A DNA stretch of 63,973 nt, filler included, from Stramenopiles sp. TOSAG23-6 (taxonomy: Eukaryota): the NCBI GenBank assembly GCA_900128565.1. It is 3 parts of 3 records of this genome, joined end to end, with 100 filler letters (N's around TTAATTAATTAA, not from the genome) between each part and the next. Parts side by side here need not be neighbours in the genome. Positions count along the whole stretch, not along the records: positions 45,983 to 63,973 come from LT636069.1; 2 more parts are not named here. One strand, given 5' to 3'. This document shows, one piece after another, positions 63,918 through 63,973 of the stretch (positions are counted from its first letter, which is position 1; every line of letters starts with the position of its first letter). The notes under the pieces are model-generated. The model was not told the origin of the DNA. It did not search any database and saw only the letters and a program-made list of their open reading frames with translations. A program made the translations under genes and the position numbers.

Positions 63918-63973
63918 AAGTATTTTGGAAAAATATTTCAAAAAAAAAAAACTTAAATTTGTTAGGTACAAAA
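63918..63973 (-). other. Non-canonical intron copy 16 (3' part, ends ..AAAATACTT, phase 1)
   Basis: TTTGTACCTAAC..GAAATATTTTTCCAAAATACTT|GG GTC TCC; 5' end is outside the window. Confidence 0.78.

Noticed and set aside
322-63973. Recurrent TTTCGTACGAAATTTTGTACCTAAC as a CRISPR repeat or bacterial REP element
   Set aside because: Copies are dispersed, irregularly spaced and inside eukaryotic genes; there are no spacers of constant length and no cas genes.
1-63973. Alternative genetic code or stop-codon readthrough
   Set aside because: TAA, TAG and TGA all end genes at plausible C-termini, and internal stops occur only inside the inserts.

Overview
AT-rich, gene-dense eukaryotic DNA using the standard genetic code. 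It probably comes from a flagellated protist (HYDIN is present; a SAR/stramenopile-like origin is inference only). Three contigs are joined by N-gaps carrying an artificial TTAATTAATTAA linker. About 21 protein-coding genes lie mostly in alternating head-to-head/tail-to-tail orientation: PPR-like protein, UvrD/Srs2-type helicase, 2040-aa secreted orphan, ABCA transporter, Sel1-MYND protein, mitoribosomal mS33, two ankyrin proteins, S10 serine carboxypeptidase, DUF1765-like protein, SAP-domain protein, FN3 membrane protein, thioredoxin, NIF phosphatase, Cys-rich multi-TM surface protein, DusA, 2Fe-2S ferredoxin, HYDIN, DEPDC5/Iml1 and two hypotheticals. The main result is that every intron I can identify (16 copies in 8 genes; 13 complete, 86-141 nt) belongs to one repeat family with no AG acceptor. 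The consensus is exon..(A)T|GTAYGTTTT..TTTCGTACGAAATTTTGTACCTAAC..AAATATTTTTCCAAAATACAT|exon. All copies are in coding sequence and in sense orientation, and exact removal restores conserved motifs (DEFQD, EVKDIL, EERRL, TALHLAA, GESYGGVYVP). This points to an introner-like element family spliced with GT-AT (sometimes TT-AT, AT-AT or ..CTT) boundaries, implying a divergent splicing system. Splicing is inferred from reading-frame restoration, not from RNA.
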